Source: Bacteroidales bacterium
Lineage (GTDB): Bacteria; Bacteroidota; Bacteroidia; Bacteroidales; UBA3663
Direction of reading: 5' to 3'
Length of the DNA: 64,000 bases
NCBI GenBank assembly: GCA_017548545.1
Contig: JAFYZW010000010.1
Location: 13,168-77,167, forward strand
Made by a program: the position numbers and the translations under genes
Shown here: piece by piece, positions 45,511-54,661 of the stretch
Position numbering within the stretch: the first letter of the stretch is position 1
Layout: every line of letters begins with the position of its first letter
Notes under the pieces: model-generated
Databases searched by the model: none
Seen by the model: the letters and a program-made list of their open reading frames with translations, nothing else
Told to the model about the DNA's origin: nothing

Positions 45511-45849
45511 TTAACTCTTCTTAAGGAGTTCGTCGATGCGCTCGAGGTAATCGAGCGAGTCGTCGATGTCGAAACGCAACTCGGGGATGACGCGAAGCTG
45601 ATAGCGCACTTTGTTGCCGAGAGCGCCACGGATGCCGCTGACGTGATCGTTGAGGTTCTGCACGGTTTCGGTGGCCTTGTCGGAGGGGAAGACACTCACA
45701 AAGACCTTGGCGAACGAGAGGTCAGGTGCAGTGCGCACGGCACTTACGCTAATCAAGAGGCCGTGGGTCTTGGCCGTCTCCAAACGAAGGATTTCGGCCA
45801 GCTCTTTCTCTAGGAGTCTGTTGATTTTGTCTAGTCTTGTATGTTCCAT
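45511..45849 (-). CDS. rbfA: 30S ribosome-binding factor RbfA
   Basis: The true start MEHTRLDKINRLLEKELAEIL (ATG at 45847-45849) lies inside track ORF 45511..46098, whose 5' part overlaps the OMT gene. 112 aa, typical for RbfA. Confidence 0.85.
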   Translation of the reverse strand: MEHTRLDKINRLLEKELAEILRLETAKTHGLLISVSAVRTAPDLSFAKVFVSVFPSDKATETVQNLNDHVSGIRGALGNKVRYQLRVIPELRFDIDDSLDYLERIDELLKKS

Positions 45850-45853
45850 ATTT

Positions 45854-46534
45854 TTAGAGTTTGCGAATGATGGTGAGGCCATCGCGCATAGGGAGGATGA
45901 CCTTTTGAACACGAGAGTCGCGAGCAATAAGATCATTGAAGCGCTGAAGGCCGATGGTTTGAGTATCACTCTCGGGAGGGTTAGTATTGAGGACTTTGCC
46001 ATCCCAAAGGGTGTTGTCGGCGAGGATGAGTCCACCCGTGCGGGTGAGGGGTAAAACGAGTTCGTAGTATTGGTCGTAAATGCGCTTGTCAGCATCAATG
46101 AAAACTACGTCGAAAGGACCTTCGAGCTGGGGGATGATGTCGAGGGCATCGCCGAAATGAAGGCGAACCCGACGTCCGAGGTCGCCTGCACGATGCATGA
46201 CATCGCGGAGGAAGTCCTCAAGTTCGTCAAAGACCTCAATGGTATGAAGTTCGCATTGCCCATTGATGGGATCGGGCGTGAGAGCTTCGGCCATGGAAAG
46301 AGCACTGTAGCCGCTGAAGGTCCCCAGTTCGAGGATGCGGTGCGCACCGACCATTTGGCAGAGCATCTTGAGCAGACGACCCTGAAGGTGGCCAGAACAC
46401 ATGCGCGGATATGTGAGACGAAGGTGAGTGAGCCGCTGAACTTGATGGAGCAGTTCAGGTTCGGGGTCAATGTGGGTTCGCACATATTCGTCGAGCGCAT
46501 TGTCGAGCTCCTCGTAGCGCAAATCCTTTTCCAT
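45854..46534 (-). CDS. class I SAM-dependent O-methyltransferase (family 3, caffeoyl-CoA OMT-like)
   Basis: 226 aa. ILELGTFSGYSAL SAM-binding motif, plus FIDADK and ADNTLW motifs. Confidence 0.8.
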   Translation of the reverse strand: MEKDLRYEELDNALDEYVRTHIDPEPELLHQVQRLTHLRLTYPRMCSGHLQGRLLKMLCQMVGAHRILELGTFSGYSALSMAEALTPDPINGQCELHTIEVFDELEDFLRDVMHRAGDLGRRVRLHFGDALDIIPQLEGPFDVVFIDADKRIYDQYYELVLPLTRTGGLILADNTLWDGKVLNTNPPESDTQTIGLQRFNDLIARDSRVQKVILPMRDGLTIIRKL

Positions 46535-46537
46535 GGG

Positions 46538-47008
46538 TCAACGCTCGAGCATGTGGAGCAATCCCTCAAGTGCCAGACGATAGCCGTCAATGCCGAACCC
46601 TATGACGATGCCGTGGGCGACGGGGGAGATGAAGGAATGGTGACGAAACTCTTCGCGCGTGTGGACGTTGGAGATGTGTACCTCGATGGTGGGGATGGGC
46701 ACGGCTTTGATGGCATCGTGGATGGCGATGGAGGTGTGGGTATAGGCTCCGGCGTTGAGGATGATGCCTTCACAGGGGTTCGAAAGGTTCGAGGGGTTCG
46801 AGAGGTTCGAGGGGTTCCCATAACCTGCCTCGTGGATGCGATCGATGATGTCACCTTCGTGGTTCGACTGGAAGTAGTCTATCACGACGTCGGGATATTT
46901 CTGTCGTAGGATGTCGAGGTAAGCCTCGAAGGTCTGTGTGCCGTAGATGCCAGGTTCGCGGCGGCCCAGAAGGTTGAGGTTGGGGCCGTTGATGATGAGA
47001 ATGCGCAT
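46538..47008 (-). CDS. aroQ: type II 3-dehydroquinate dehydratase
   Basis: 156 aa. MRILIINGPNLNLLGRREPGIYG, FQSNHEG and NAGAYTHTSIAIHDA motifs. It carries an extra GNPSNLSNPSNLSNP segment encoded by the 9-nt microsatellite. Confidence 0.9.
   Translation of the reverse strand: MRILIINGPNLNLLGRREPGIYGTQTFEAYLDILRQKYPDVVIDYFQSNHEGDIIDRIHEAGYGNPSNLSNPSNLSNPCEGIILNAGAYTHTSIAIHDAIKAVPIPTIEVHISNVHTREEFRHHSFISPVAHGIVIGFGIDGYRLALEGLLHMLER
46775..46819. repeat. 9-nt microsatellite (GGTTCGAAA GGTTCGAGG GGTTCGAGA GGTTCGAGG GGTTCC) inside aroQ
   Basis: Read directly from the DNA. It is in-frame on the minus strand and encodes GNPSNLSNPSNLSNP. Confidence 0.9.
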
Positions 47009-47083
47009 TTTCTTGTCCTTTTATTTGGAAATTCGCAAAAAATGGTGTATTTTTGCGCTGCAAATATAGGCTATTTTTTTGAA

Positions 47084-47980
47084 ATGGACAAGAAACAGGC
47101 AGCAAAATATTATTCATACCTCAAATTTGAGCGCAACTTGACCGATAATTCGGTGGAGGCCTACCTGCATGACATTGCCAAATTGCAGAAGTTTGCCGAT
47201 GACTTGGGTAAGTCGTTGGAGGCTTTGGAGCAATCCGACATCGAGACATTCCTATGGGGGCTGCACGATGTGGGCATTACTCCAACGTCGCAGAATCGCA
47301 TTCTGGCTGGCATACGCAGCTACTTCCGTTTCCTGCGTTTGGAAGGCGAGCTGGAGGTGGATCCGACTGACTGCATCGACTCACCCAAGTTGCCTGAGCA
47401 TGTGCCTATGGTGCTGACGCTCGAGGAAGTGAATCGTGTGATTGCGGCCACCGACCCGACAACGTGCGATGGGCAGCGCAATCGGGCTATACTCGAGACG
47501 CTCTACTCGTGCGGCCTCCGTGTGAGCGAACTCACCGACCTGCGTATCGGCCACATCTTCGAGAAGGAGGGGTTCATCCAGGTCTTCGGCAAAGGGCGCA
47601 AGGAGCGCATCGTGCCGATTGCCGAAAGTGCCCTGCGCGAGATACACAACTATTACTTGTTTCGCAACGAACTCGACGTGAAGCGAGGTTTCGAGGACTA
47701 TGTTTTCCTGAACCGTTTCGGGCGAAAACTGTCGCGCATCATGGTGTTCAACATCGTAAAGCGCTATTGTCAGGAGGCCAATATCCGGAAGGAGGTGTCT
47801 CCCCACACCTTCCGTCACACTTTTGCCACCCATCTGCTGGAGGGGGGTGCCAATCTGCGTGCCATACAGATGATGCTGGGTCATGAGCAAATATCGACCA
47901 CCGAGATCTATACCAAGGTGGATCGGCAGATGCTGCGTGAGGAGATTTTGACATATCATCCGCGCAATAAGATGCGATAA
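47084..47980 (+). CDS. xerD: site-specific tyrosine recombinase XerD
   Basis: The start MDKKQAAKYYSYLKFERNLTDNSVEAYLHDI lies inside track ORF 47042. The catalytic R...HxxR...Y signature is present (ETLYSCGLRVSEL, SPHTFRHTFATHLLEGGANLRAIQMMLGHEQISTTEIYT). aroQ-xerD is a housekeeping context. Confidence 0.85.
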   Translation: MDKKQAAKYYSYLKFERNLTDNSVEAYLHDIAKLQKFADDLGKSLEALEQSDIETFLWGLHDVGITPTSQNRILAGIRSYFRFLRLEGELEVDPTDCIDSPKLPEHVPMVLTLEEVNRVIAATDPTTCDGQRNRAILETLYSCGLRVSELTDLRIGHIFEKEGFIQVFGKGRKERIVPIAESALREIHNYYLFRNELDVKRGFEDYVFLNRFGRKLSRIMVFNIVKRYCQEANIRKEVSPHTFRHTFATHLLEGGANLRAIQMMLGHEQISTTEIYTKVDRQMLREEILTYHPRNKMR

Positions 47981-48057
47981 ATTGTCAAAAGATTAAAAAA
48001 ACGGCCTATTTTTGTGAAATAATTGAAGAAAGATGCACATTTGTCGAAAAAGTTTAT

Positions 48058-48065
48058 TATCTTTG
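48058..48065 (+). promoter_or_regulatory. -7 box TAtcTTTG
   Basis: Lies 75 nt upstream of the ATG at 48140. Confidence 0.45.
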
Positions 48066-48139
48066 CAGCGCAGTATTATGGGCAAATTATTTCTTAACCT
48101 CGAAAGAAACATCAATATATAAACTAATAATTTTTTACT

Positions 48140-49822
48140 ATGATCAAGAAAGTCTTTCTGACCGCAGGTGCAGCAGTTATGCTTGCTGCCGTTACGTCGT
48201 GCGGCAAGCTCGATCCGCTCACCGCTGACAATTTCGTTTGCAATCCCAATCCCCTCGTTGAAGAGGGCGGACAGGTGAATGCAACCGTCACCGTGACCTA
48301 TCCTGAAAAGTATTTCAACAAGAAAGCCAGCATCACTATCACCCCCGTGTTGGAGTATGCTACCGGCGAAACCGCAGGCACTCCCGTAACCTTCCAGGGC
48401 GAGAAGATAAGCGGCAACGATCAGGAGATCAACTACAAGTACGGTGGTACGGGTACGTTCCGTTGTTCGTTCCTCTACAAGGATGAGATGGCTGCTTCGA
48501 AACTCCGTCTGGATTTCAATGCCGAGGTGAAGGGTAAGCCCTACAAGCTGCCCAGCGTATATATCGCCGACGGTGTGATTGCTACCGAAAGCCTCTGCTC
48601 GGCTTATGGCAACACCCCAGCTTATGCTAAGGACAACTTTGTGAAGGACACCTTCGACAAGTACATCGCCACCATGATCTACCAGTATCAGAGTACCAAT
48701 CTGCGTGCTTCTGAGTCGGAGAAGAAGCAGGAGGTGAAGGATATGCAGAATGCCATCACTGCCACCAAGAACCAGGATCGTCGTGAGTTCGAGGGTCTCG
48801 ATATGGTCAGCACCGCTTCACCTGAAGGTGCCTACTCGCTTAACGAGCGCCTTGCCGCTGGTCGTGAGAAGAGTTCGGCTGCCTATCTGAACAAGTTCCT
48901 CAAGAAGGCCAAGATGCAGGGCGAGATTACTCCTGAGCAGATTGCCGAGGATTGGGATGGCTTCAAGGAGCTCGTCGAGAACAGCAGCATCCAGGACAAG
49001 CAGCTCGTGCTCAATGTGCTGAGCCGCATCAGTGATCCTGACCGCCGCGAGCAGGAAATCCGCAACCTGTCGGCTGCCTATAAGGAGCTGGCTGACGAGA
49101 TTCTGCCACAGCTGCGTTATTCGAAGGTGACCGCTACCGTTCGCAACATCGGCCACACCGATGACGAGATTGCCGACCTCTGGAAGAACAACAAGGATGA
49201 GCTCACCGTCGAGGAGCTCCTCTATCTGGCTAACATGTCGAGCGACAATGTGAAGGAGGCCATCTACAAGTTCACTCAGAACAAGTTCGGCAAGGACCTT
49301 CGTGCGGCCAACGATTTGGCTGACCTCTACTACACTCAGGGCAAGTATGCCGATGCTGAGAACATCTGGAAGAGCATTCTTAACAAGGATGCCAACAACC
49401 CACAGGCCAACCTCAACATGGGTCTCGTTGCCATGAACAATGGCGATTGGCAGGCTGCCCAGACCTATCTTGGCAAGGCTGGCGACTGCGTTGAGTATGG
49501 CGAGGCTATGGGTACTCTGCTCACCAACAAGGGCCAGTATGCACAAGCTGTACAGAGTTTCGGCGACGTGAAGTCGAACAACTCGGCTGTAGCCAACATC
49601 CTCAACAAGAACTACAGCGCTGCCAAGTCAATTCTTGATAGCATTAAGGACAAGAACGCCATCACCTACTATCTTGCTGCTATCGTGGCTGCTCGTACGA
49701 ACAACGCTACGGGTGTGGGTGACAACCTCCGCAAGGCCATTGGCATGGACAGCTCGCTCAAGAACAAGGCTCTGAGCGACCTTGAGTTCGCCAAGTTTGC
49801 CAGCGTGCTCAGCAATCTTTGA
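48140..49822 (+). CDS. lipoprotein with C-terminal TPR repeats, function unknown
   Basis: 560 aa. Lipobox AAVTSCGK. C-terminal TPR-like helices include ANDLADLYYTQGKYADAENIWKSIL and NLNMGLVAMNNGDWQAAQTYLGKA. Confidence 0.65.
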   Translation: MIKKVFLTAGAAVMLAAVTSCGKLDPLTADNFVCNPNPLVEEGGQVNATVTVTYPEKYFNKKASITITPVLEYATGETAGTPVTFQGEKISGNDQEINYKYGGTGTFRCSFLYKDEMAASKLRLDFNAEVKGKPYKLPSVYIADGVIATESLCSAYGNTPAYAKDNFVKDTFDKYIATMIYQYQSTNLRASESEKKQEVKDMQNAITATKNQDRREFEGLDMVSTASPEGAYSLNERLAAGREKSSAAYLNKFLKKAKMQGEITPEQIAEDWDGFKELVENSSIQDKQLVLNVLSRISDPDRREQEIRNLSAAYKELADEILPQLRYSKVTATVRNIGHTDDEIADLWKNNKDELTVEELLYLANMSSDNVKEAIYKFTQNKFGKDLRAANDLADLYYTQGKYADAENIWKSILNKDANNPQANLNMGLVAMNNGDWQAAQTYLGKAGDCVEYGEAMGTLLTNKGQYAQAVQSFGDVKSNNSAVANILNKNYSAAKSILDSIKDKNAITYYLAAIVAARTNNATGVGDNLRKAIGMDSSLKNKALSDLEFAKFASVLSNL

Positions 49823-49844
49823 TTGGTTTGCTGAATGAAAGATT

Positions 49845-49875
49845 AGCCCTCGCCAAACTGGCGAGGGCTTTTTTG
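49845..49875. terminator. hairpin plus T-run between convergent genes
   Basis: AGCCCTCGCC-aaact-GGCGAGGGCT followed by TTTTTT. Confidence 0.7.
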
Positions 49876-49913
49876 TTGTTCGATGAAGTCTTGGAGTGTT
49901 CGGATAACTCCGA

Positions 49914-52900
49914 TTATTTGATCTCTATTACCGTTTCGTCCTTGAAGAAGAGAAGGAAACCCTGTACGGACTTGTATCCTAACAGACGGAGGAGGTACAT
50001 GTAGCGAGCCACTTGCTTTCGATAACCTGGGTGGTTGCTGCCTGTCTTGTAGTCGATGACGACGACTTGTCTATCGGGGGTGATGACGATGCGGTCGGGT
50101 CGTTGCTGTTGGCCTTGCGGGTCCATGAGGGTGAGTTCGTTGAGTACTTGAAGGCCGGGTTGGAACCATGGAGCCACTTCGGGTATGGCGAGGATGTGGG
50201 CAATGGTTTGCTGCATCTGTGGCTCGGTGATGATTGTCTCGTCGATGACCCCACGGGCATAAAGATCGCGGATGACCTGAGGGGCCTTGTCGGCGGAGCG
50301 AATTTCCTGCATAACGGTGTGGATGTACGTGCCTTTTTCTTTAGCGGTGATGTCGGGTTTGGCTGGGTCGTGGAGGATGGCGAGGTTGGGTAGATGTGGA
50401 GTGCGGCTTGCAGATGCTGGTGACGTGGTTAAGGCTGAAGTTGATGATGTGGATGAGGTGGAAGCGATCGACGTGGGAATCTCGGTGGGTAATGAGGCCT
50501 GTCGTGGCCAATCGCCGAGGGTGATACCGTTGGGATTCCCTTGGGCGGCGCAGTACTTGTGGAGCCAGTCCTTTAGGTCGGTGCCCTCTGTTTTTTTCGA
50601 CTTAGGAGCCATGACGATGAGAACCTCCTTGGCACGAGTGAAGGCTACGTAGGCTGTGTTCAGGTTGTCGATGATTACCCGTTCACGCTCCTCTCTGTAA
50701 TCCTTTTCGAAGATGGTCTTCTCCAGCTCACTTTTCAGGGGGATGGGGAGCAGGATATTGTTGGAGGATGAGTCGGAGATCTCCACTTTGAAGGGCGCCA
50801 CTTGGGGTTCGCACCAGATAATGTCGCCAACGCGTGGGTCTAGGTCGAGGTTCCATGAGGCATAAGGGAGGATGACTGCAGGCTTGCCGAGTCCTTTCGA
50901 CTTATGGACCGACATGATCAGGATAGCTTCCTGTTCGGCGGGCGTGATGATGGATTTCTTGCAGCCCGTCTGCAGCCACCAGTTCAGGAATGCCGAGAGG
51001 TCGCTGCCCTTGGTCTGCACGAATTCGAGCACCAGGTCGCGGAAAGCCTGTAGGAAAGGGGCGTCTTCCTGGCATGCCTTTTCGGGCAGTAGGGCTATGA
51101 GCTCCTCGGTCATCTCATAGAGGGGACGATGTGCCAGTTCGGGATGGAAGACACGCCTTGATTCGTCGAGTGCAAAATATTGGCTGATGGCTTCTTCGGG
51201 GGTGCAGTTGTCGAGTTGGAAGAAACTGCACCACGCAATGGCTCGGAAGATGTCGGAGTCGGGTGTCTGCAGATGAGTCATCAGGTGGATGAGTGCTTGG
51301 ATGGTGGGACGAACCGCGAGCAGTAAGGCTTCACCCGAGATGATGTCCATGCAGTATGGACTGTCGGGATGCTCATTCTTGTAGCGCAGCAACGATTCGG
51401 CTACCCAACTGCATTCTTTGTTTCGACGGCAGAGGATCACGATGTCGCTGGGCCGGTAGCCTTTTTTCTGCAGTTCGATGATGACCAGAGGCAGTCGGCG
51501 CGATGCCTCGGCGATGTAGTCATCCACATGTGGCGAATCGATGGGGAGGCCGTGGTCGTCCTTCGGTTCAAGGAAACTGATGTCGACATATCCTTGCGGC
51601 TTGTTGTCCCCCTGTTTGGAAGGGGCGATGTGCTGTCGGACATCGGCATATATGGCCCGAATACGTTCGGATTTAATGAGATTGTCGAGCTTGGCGGCCA
51701 GATCTTCGAAGAAGTCGTTGTTGAACTCAACAATAGCTGGCAGCGAACGCCAGTTGGTGGTGAGCGAGGTGGAGTCGTCATGGTGTGCCCAGCTCTCGTA
51801 GTTGTTGATCCCCGAGTTCAGGAGGTTCCAGTCTCCGCCACGCCAGCGGTAGATGCTCTGCTTGACGTCTCCTATGATGAGGTTCTGATACAATTGTGCA
51901 ATGGAGTTGCTGAGCAGGGGCTTGAAGTTGCCCCACTGCATGACGGAAGTGTCCTGAAACTCGTCAATCATGTAGGAATGGATGCGTGTGCCCGTCTTCT
52001 CGTAGATGAAGGGCGCATCGTCCTTGTCGATGAGTCGTGCGAGCATCTCGGTGGTCGAACTCAACAGCATGATGTTCTGCTCATTGCAATAGGCCGTCAC
52101 TTCCTTGTCGATGTTGGCAATAATGCCCAGTTCGTAGAAGTTGCTCTGAATAGCGCGGGCTGTAAGGAAGTGCTGATAGGTGTCGCCTGAAGTGTGGATG
52201 ATACACTGCATCATGAGCCCTTGAAAGGCATCCTTAACAAGCTGGGGCGCATCTTTTCGTTTGAATAATTTGTCTGGATCCTCGGCACAATTGACAAAAC
52301 GCACAGCTGGCTGCTCGGAGCTGCCGTTGGCGAGCTTGTCGAAGAAGGAGATGGTGCCAGAACCATTCCATGCAAAGTCCGAGTTTTGCAGGCCGTTTTC
52401 TTCGATCAGTCGCCTACCTTGTTCGCCCAAATCTATGGCAGTTTTGCGCCAATCGTTCACTAGTTGGTCGAGCATCCGGGCATATTGGCTGAGTCGCTCC
52501 TTGTCGGACGTGAATGCTCGAATGGCATCGCTGTGCTGGCGGTAGGTCTCGCTTCCCAGCACCTTATTGGCCAATGAAATTAGACTGTCACGGAAATCCC
52601 ATCCCGAACCCTCTTCGATGCGCTTTTCCGAGAATCGCACCATCCAATTGAACAGTGAGGGATTGTCCTTCCGACTGAGTTTGTCGAGGAAGTTGGTGAC
52701 AGCAGCTTCGAGCACACGGTCGGCATCGAGTTCCACCTCGTAGTTGCCCGGGATGTTCAGTTCCCGTGCAAAGCTTCGGACGATGCGCTGGAAGAAACTG
52801 TCGATGGTCGAGATGTTGAAGGACGAGTATTCGTTCAATATCTGCACGAGCAGATGGGTGGCTTTCTCGCGGATGGCATTGACGACGCGCTGGTGTTCGA

Positions 52901-53207
52901 CCGTATCGGCGAGGTCGCCTTTGGTAAAGCTGGGGGCAATGTCGTCGAAATAGTCTGAGCTCTCGGGATCCTGGCTGAGGAGGTAGAGCTGGTCGATGAT
53001 GCGGCTCTTCATCTCGCCCGTAGCCTTGTTGGTGAACGTCACGGCTAGTATTTCGTTGAACCTCAACTCACCCGAATGTGTTTCGGGGAGGAGCTGTGGC
53101 GAAAAGATAAGCTTGAGGTAGAAACCCGTGAGCAGATGGGTCTTGCCTGAACCTGCTGAGGCACGGTAGATGTTGAGCGGATGCTGTTGGTCTTGGGTGA
53201 TAGCCAT
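49914..53207 (-). CDS. UvrD/AddA-like ATP-dependent helicase with C-terminal PD-(D/E)XK nuclease domain
   Basis: The start MAITQDQQHPLNIYRASAGSGKTH (Walker A) is at 53207; the longer track ORF would include the promoter box. The C-terminal VVVIDYKTG nuclease motif is present. 1097 aa. Confidence 0.8.
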   Translation of the reverse strand: MAITQDQQHPLNIYRASAGSGKTHLLTGFYLKLIFSPQLLPETHSGELRFNEILAVTFTNKATGEMKSRIIDQLYLLSQDPESSDYFDDIAPSFTKGDLADTVEHQRVVNAIREKATHLLVQILNEYSSFNISTIDSFFQRIVRSFARELNIPGNYEVELDADRVLEAAVTNFLDKLSRKDNPSLFNWMVRFSEKRIEEGSGWDFRDSLISLANKVLGSETYRQHSDAIRAFTSDKERLSQYARMLDQLVNDWRKTAIDLGEQGRRLIEENGLQNSDFAWNGSGTISFFDKLANGSSEQPAVRFVNCAEDPDKLFKRKDAPQLVKDAFQGLMMQCIIHTSGDTYQHFLTARAIQSNFYELGIIANIDKEVTAYCNEQNIMLLSSTTEMLARLIDKDDAPFIYEKTGTRIHSYMIDEFQDTSVMQWGNFKPLLSNSIAQLYQNLIIGDVKQSIYRWRGGDWNLLNSGINNYESWAHHDDSTSLTTNWRSLPAIVEFNNDFFEDLAAKLDNLIKSERIRAIYADVRQHIAPSKQGDNKPQGYVDISFLEPKDDHGLPIDSPHVDDYIAEASRRLPLVIIELQKKGYRPSDIVILCRRNKECSWVAESLLRYKNEHPDSPYCMDIISGEALLLAVRPTIQALIHLMTHLQTPDSDIFRAIAWCSFFQLDNCTPEEAISQYFALDESRRVFHPELAHRPLYEMTEELIALLPEKACQEDAPFLQAFRDLVLEFVQTKGSDLSAFLNWWLQTGCKKSIITPAEQEAILIMSVHKSKGLGKPAVILPYASWNLDLDPRVGDIIWCEPQVAPFKVEISDSSSNNILLPIPLKSELEKTIFEKDYREERERVIIDNLNTAYVAFTRAKEVLIVMAPKSKKTEGTDLKDWLHKYCAAQGNPNGITLGDWPRQASLPTEIPTSIASTSSTSSTSALTTSPASASRTPHLPNLAILHDPAKPDITAKEKGTYIHTVMQEIRSADKAPQVIRDLYARGVIDETIITEPQMQQTIAHILAIPEVAPWFQPGLQVLNELTLMDPQGQQQRPDRIVITPDRQVVVIDYKTGSNHPGYRKQVARYMYLLRLLGYKSVQGFLLFFKDETVIEIK

Positions 53208-53225
53208 GGTGCATGAAATATGGTG

Positions 53226-53233
53226 CAAAGATA
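53226..53233 (-). promoter_or_regulatory. -7 box TAtcTTTG for the helicase gene
   Basis: Plus strand reads CAAAGATA, 19 nt upstream of the ATG at 53207. Confidence 0.45.
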
Positions 53234-53398
53234 CGCAAAATAATCGACACAAGCATCAAACGTGCCAATCAAATTGTTGAAATTGACAAAATAAAGTGCT
53301 AAATTGTCCCAACTGTCGGGATTTTAGTGCAAAAATATCTAAATCGCGCGTGTAAATTTTGCCAATTCGTGGGAATTTTGTAACTTTGCGCCCGATAT

Positions 53399-54655
53399 AT
53401 GGCCAATCAAATGCAAATGAACAAATATATAATACTTTGTCTTGCCCTTCTTGGGGCGTTATTCATGTCGGCATGTGATGCCGACGATCCGTCGCTCGAC
53501 TACACTGCCCAGTACTATTCGGTGGGTCAGGTTAGTCTGAGCAACTCGCTGACCGAATCACAGCGTGCCGTCATAGGGCGGCTACTCGACAACATGGTGA
53601 AGGTTGAACATTGTCAGTTCTATATGGGAACCCAGTCTCGCTCGGCGGCTCGTGCCAATTACAATCCGTCTTATTCATCAGCCAAGGACTCGATGAAGCT
53701 TACAGCATTTACCGACGAGAACGGTGTAATTACATATACGAAGAACAACCCGTTTGTCGATTATGTCCACCTCTTGGACAAGCGCGCCTATCGTCACACC
53801 TTGTCCAACGGCACGGTGAAGGTCGATACCATCTATTACACACAGATCTACCGAATGCCCGAAACCTCGGGATTGGACAACGGACATCTGTGGGTGGGCC
53901 CGGTCACCGAAATGAGTATGCCTAACGACTACTACATTGGAATGTACGAAGTGTCGCAGGCCGAATGGATTGCCGTGATGGGTGAAGGCAACTGGCCTAC
54001 AGGTCGCCGCTGCATCGAGGTGCAGGCCAACGACCGTCGCGACAGTGCCTGGTATGCTGCTGTAGGACGCGGTGACGACTACCCCGCCTATAACGTGTGG
54101 TACGATGATGCCCTGGCTTTTTGCGAGCGTCTGAACCAGCTCTGCAACATGCCTAACAGCGATGGCCTCCGCTTCCGTCTGCCTACCGAGGCTGAGTGGG
54201 AGTGTGCAGCACGTGGTGGTATGTATAGTCGCGGTTATCGCTATCCTGGCAGCGACACCTACAGCGAAGTGGCTTGGTATTCAGGTAATGCGTTCAGCAT
54301 TGGTCTAGGTGCCACCAACTTCGGCATGCATCCCCATGGTGAACTCGAGCCCAACGAGTTGGGACTCTATGACATGGCGGGCAACGTCTCCGAGTGGGTG
54401 CTCAACACCTACTATCGCTATACTTTTCGCGACAGCATCGCCGATGCTGCTTTTGATGCAAGTCATTTGCCACTTCATGCCGCCGACGGATACGAGGGCG
54501 ACACACTAGTGCTGCGTGGCGGTTCGTGGTATCAGTCCAGTGCATTCGCCTTCGGTTCGTCCAGTCGTCAGGAATATACACGCGGGTCGAAGGATTACGA
54601 GAACCTACAGGGTGTGATTATGCACTGTGGCTTCCGTATCGTGCTGGCCAAATAA
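53399..54655 (+). CDS. formylglycine-generating-enzyme (SUMF1/FGE-sulfatase) family lipoprotein
   Basis: 418 aa. Lipobox FMSACDAD. FRLPTEAEWECAARGG, GLYDMAGNVSEWV and LRGGSW are FGE-domain signatures. Confidence 0.75.
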   Translation: MANQMQMNKYIILCLALLGALFMSACDADDPSLDYTAQYYSVGQVSLSNSLTESQRAVIGRLLDNMVKVEHCQFYMGTQSRSAARANYNPSYSSAKDSMKLTAFTDENGVITYTKNNPFVDYVHLLDKRAYRHTLSNGTVKVDTIYYTQIYRMPETSGLDNGHLWVGPVTEMSMPNDYYIGMYEVSQAEWIAVMGEGNWPTGRRCIEVQANDRRDSAWYAAVGRGDDYPAYNVWYDDALAFCERLNQLCNMPNSDGLRFRLPTEAEWECAARGGMYSRGYRYPGSDTYSEVAWYSGNAFSIGLGATNFGMHPHGELEPNELGLYDMAGNVSEWVLNTYYRYTFRDSIADAAFDASHLPLHAADGYEGDTLVLRGGSWYQSSAFAFGSSSRQEYTRGSKDYENLQGVIMHCGFRIVLAK

Positions 54656-54661
54656 AGTGTT

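Noticed and set aside
47084-47980. Tyrosine recombinase as a marker of an integrated mobile element
   Set aside because: The sequence and the conserved aroQ-xerD neighbourhood indicate the housekeeping XerD. No att-like direct repeats, excisionase, transfer or phage genes lie nearby.
53399-54655. FGE/C-type-lectin-fold lipoprotein as a diversity-generating-retroelement target
   Set aside because: No reverse transcriptase is present in the window, and no second (template) copy of the 3' end of the gene is present. The next gene starts 6 nt after the stop.
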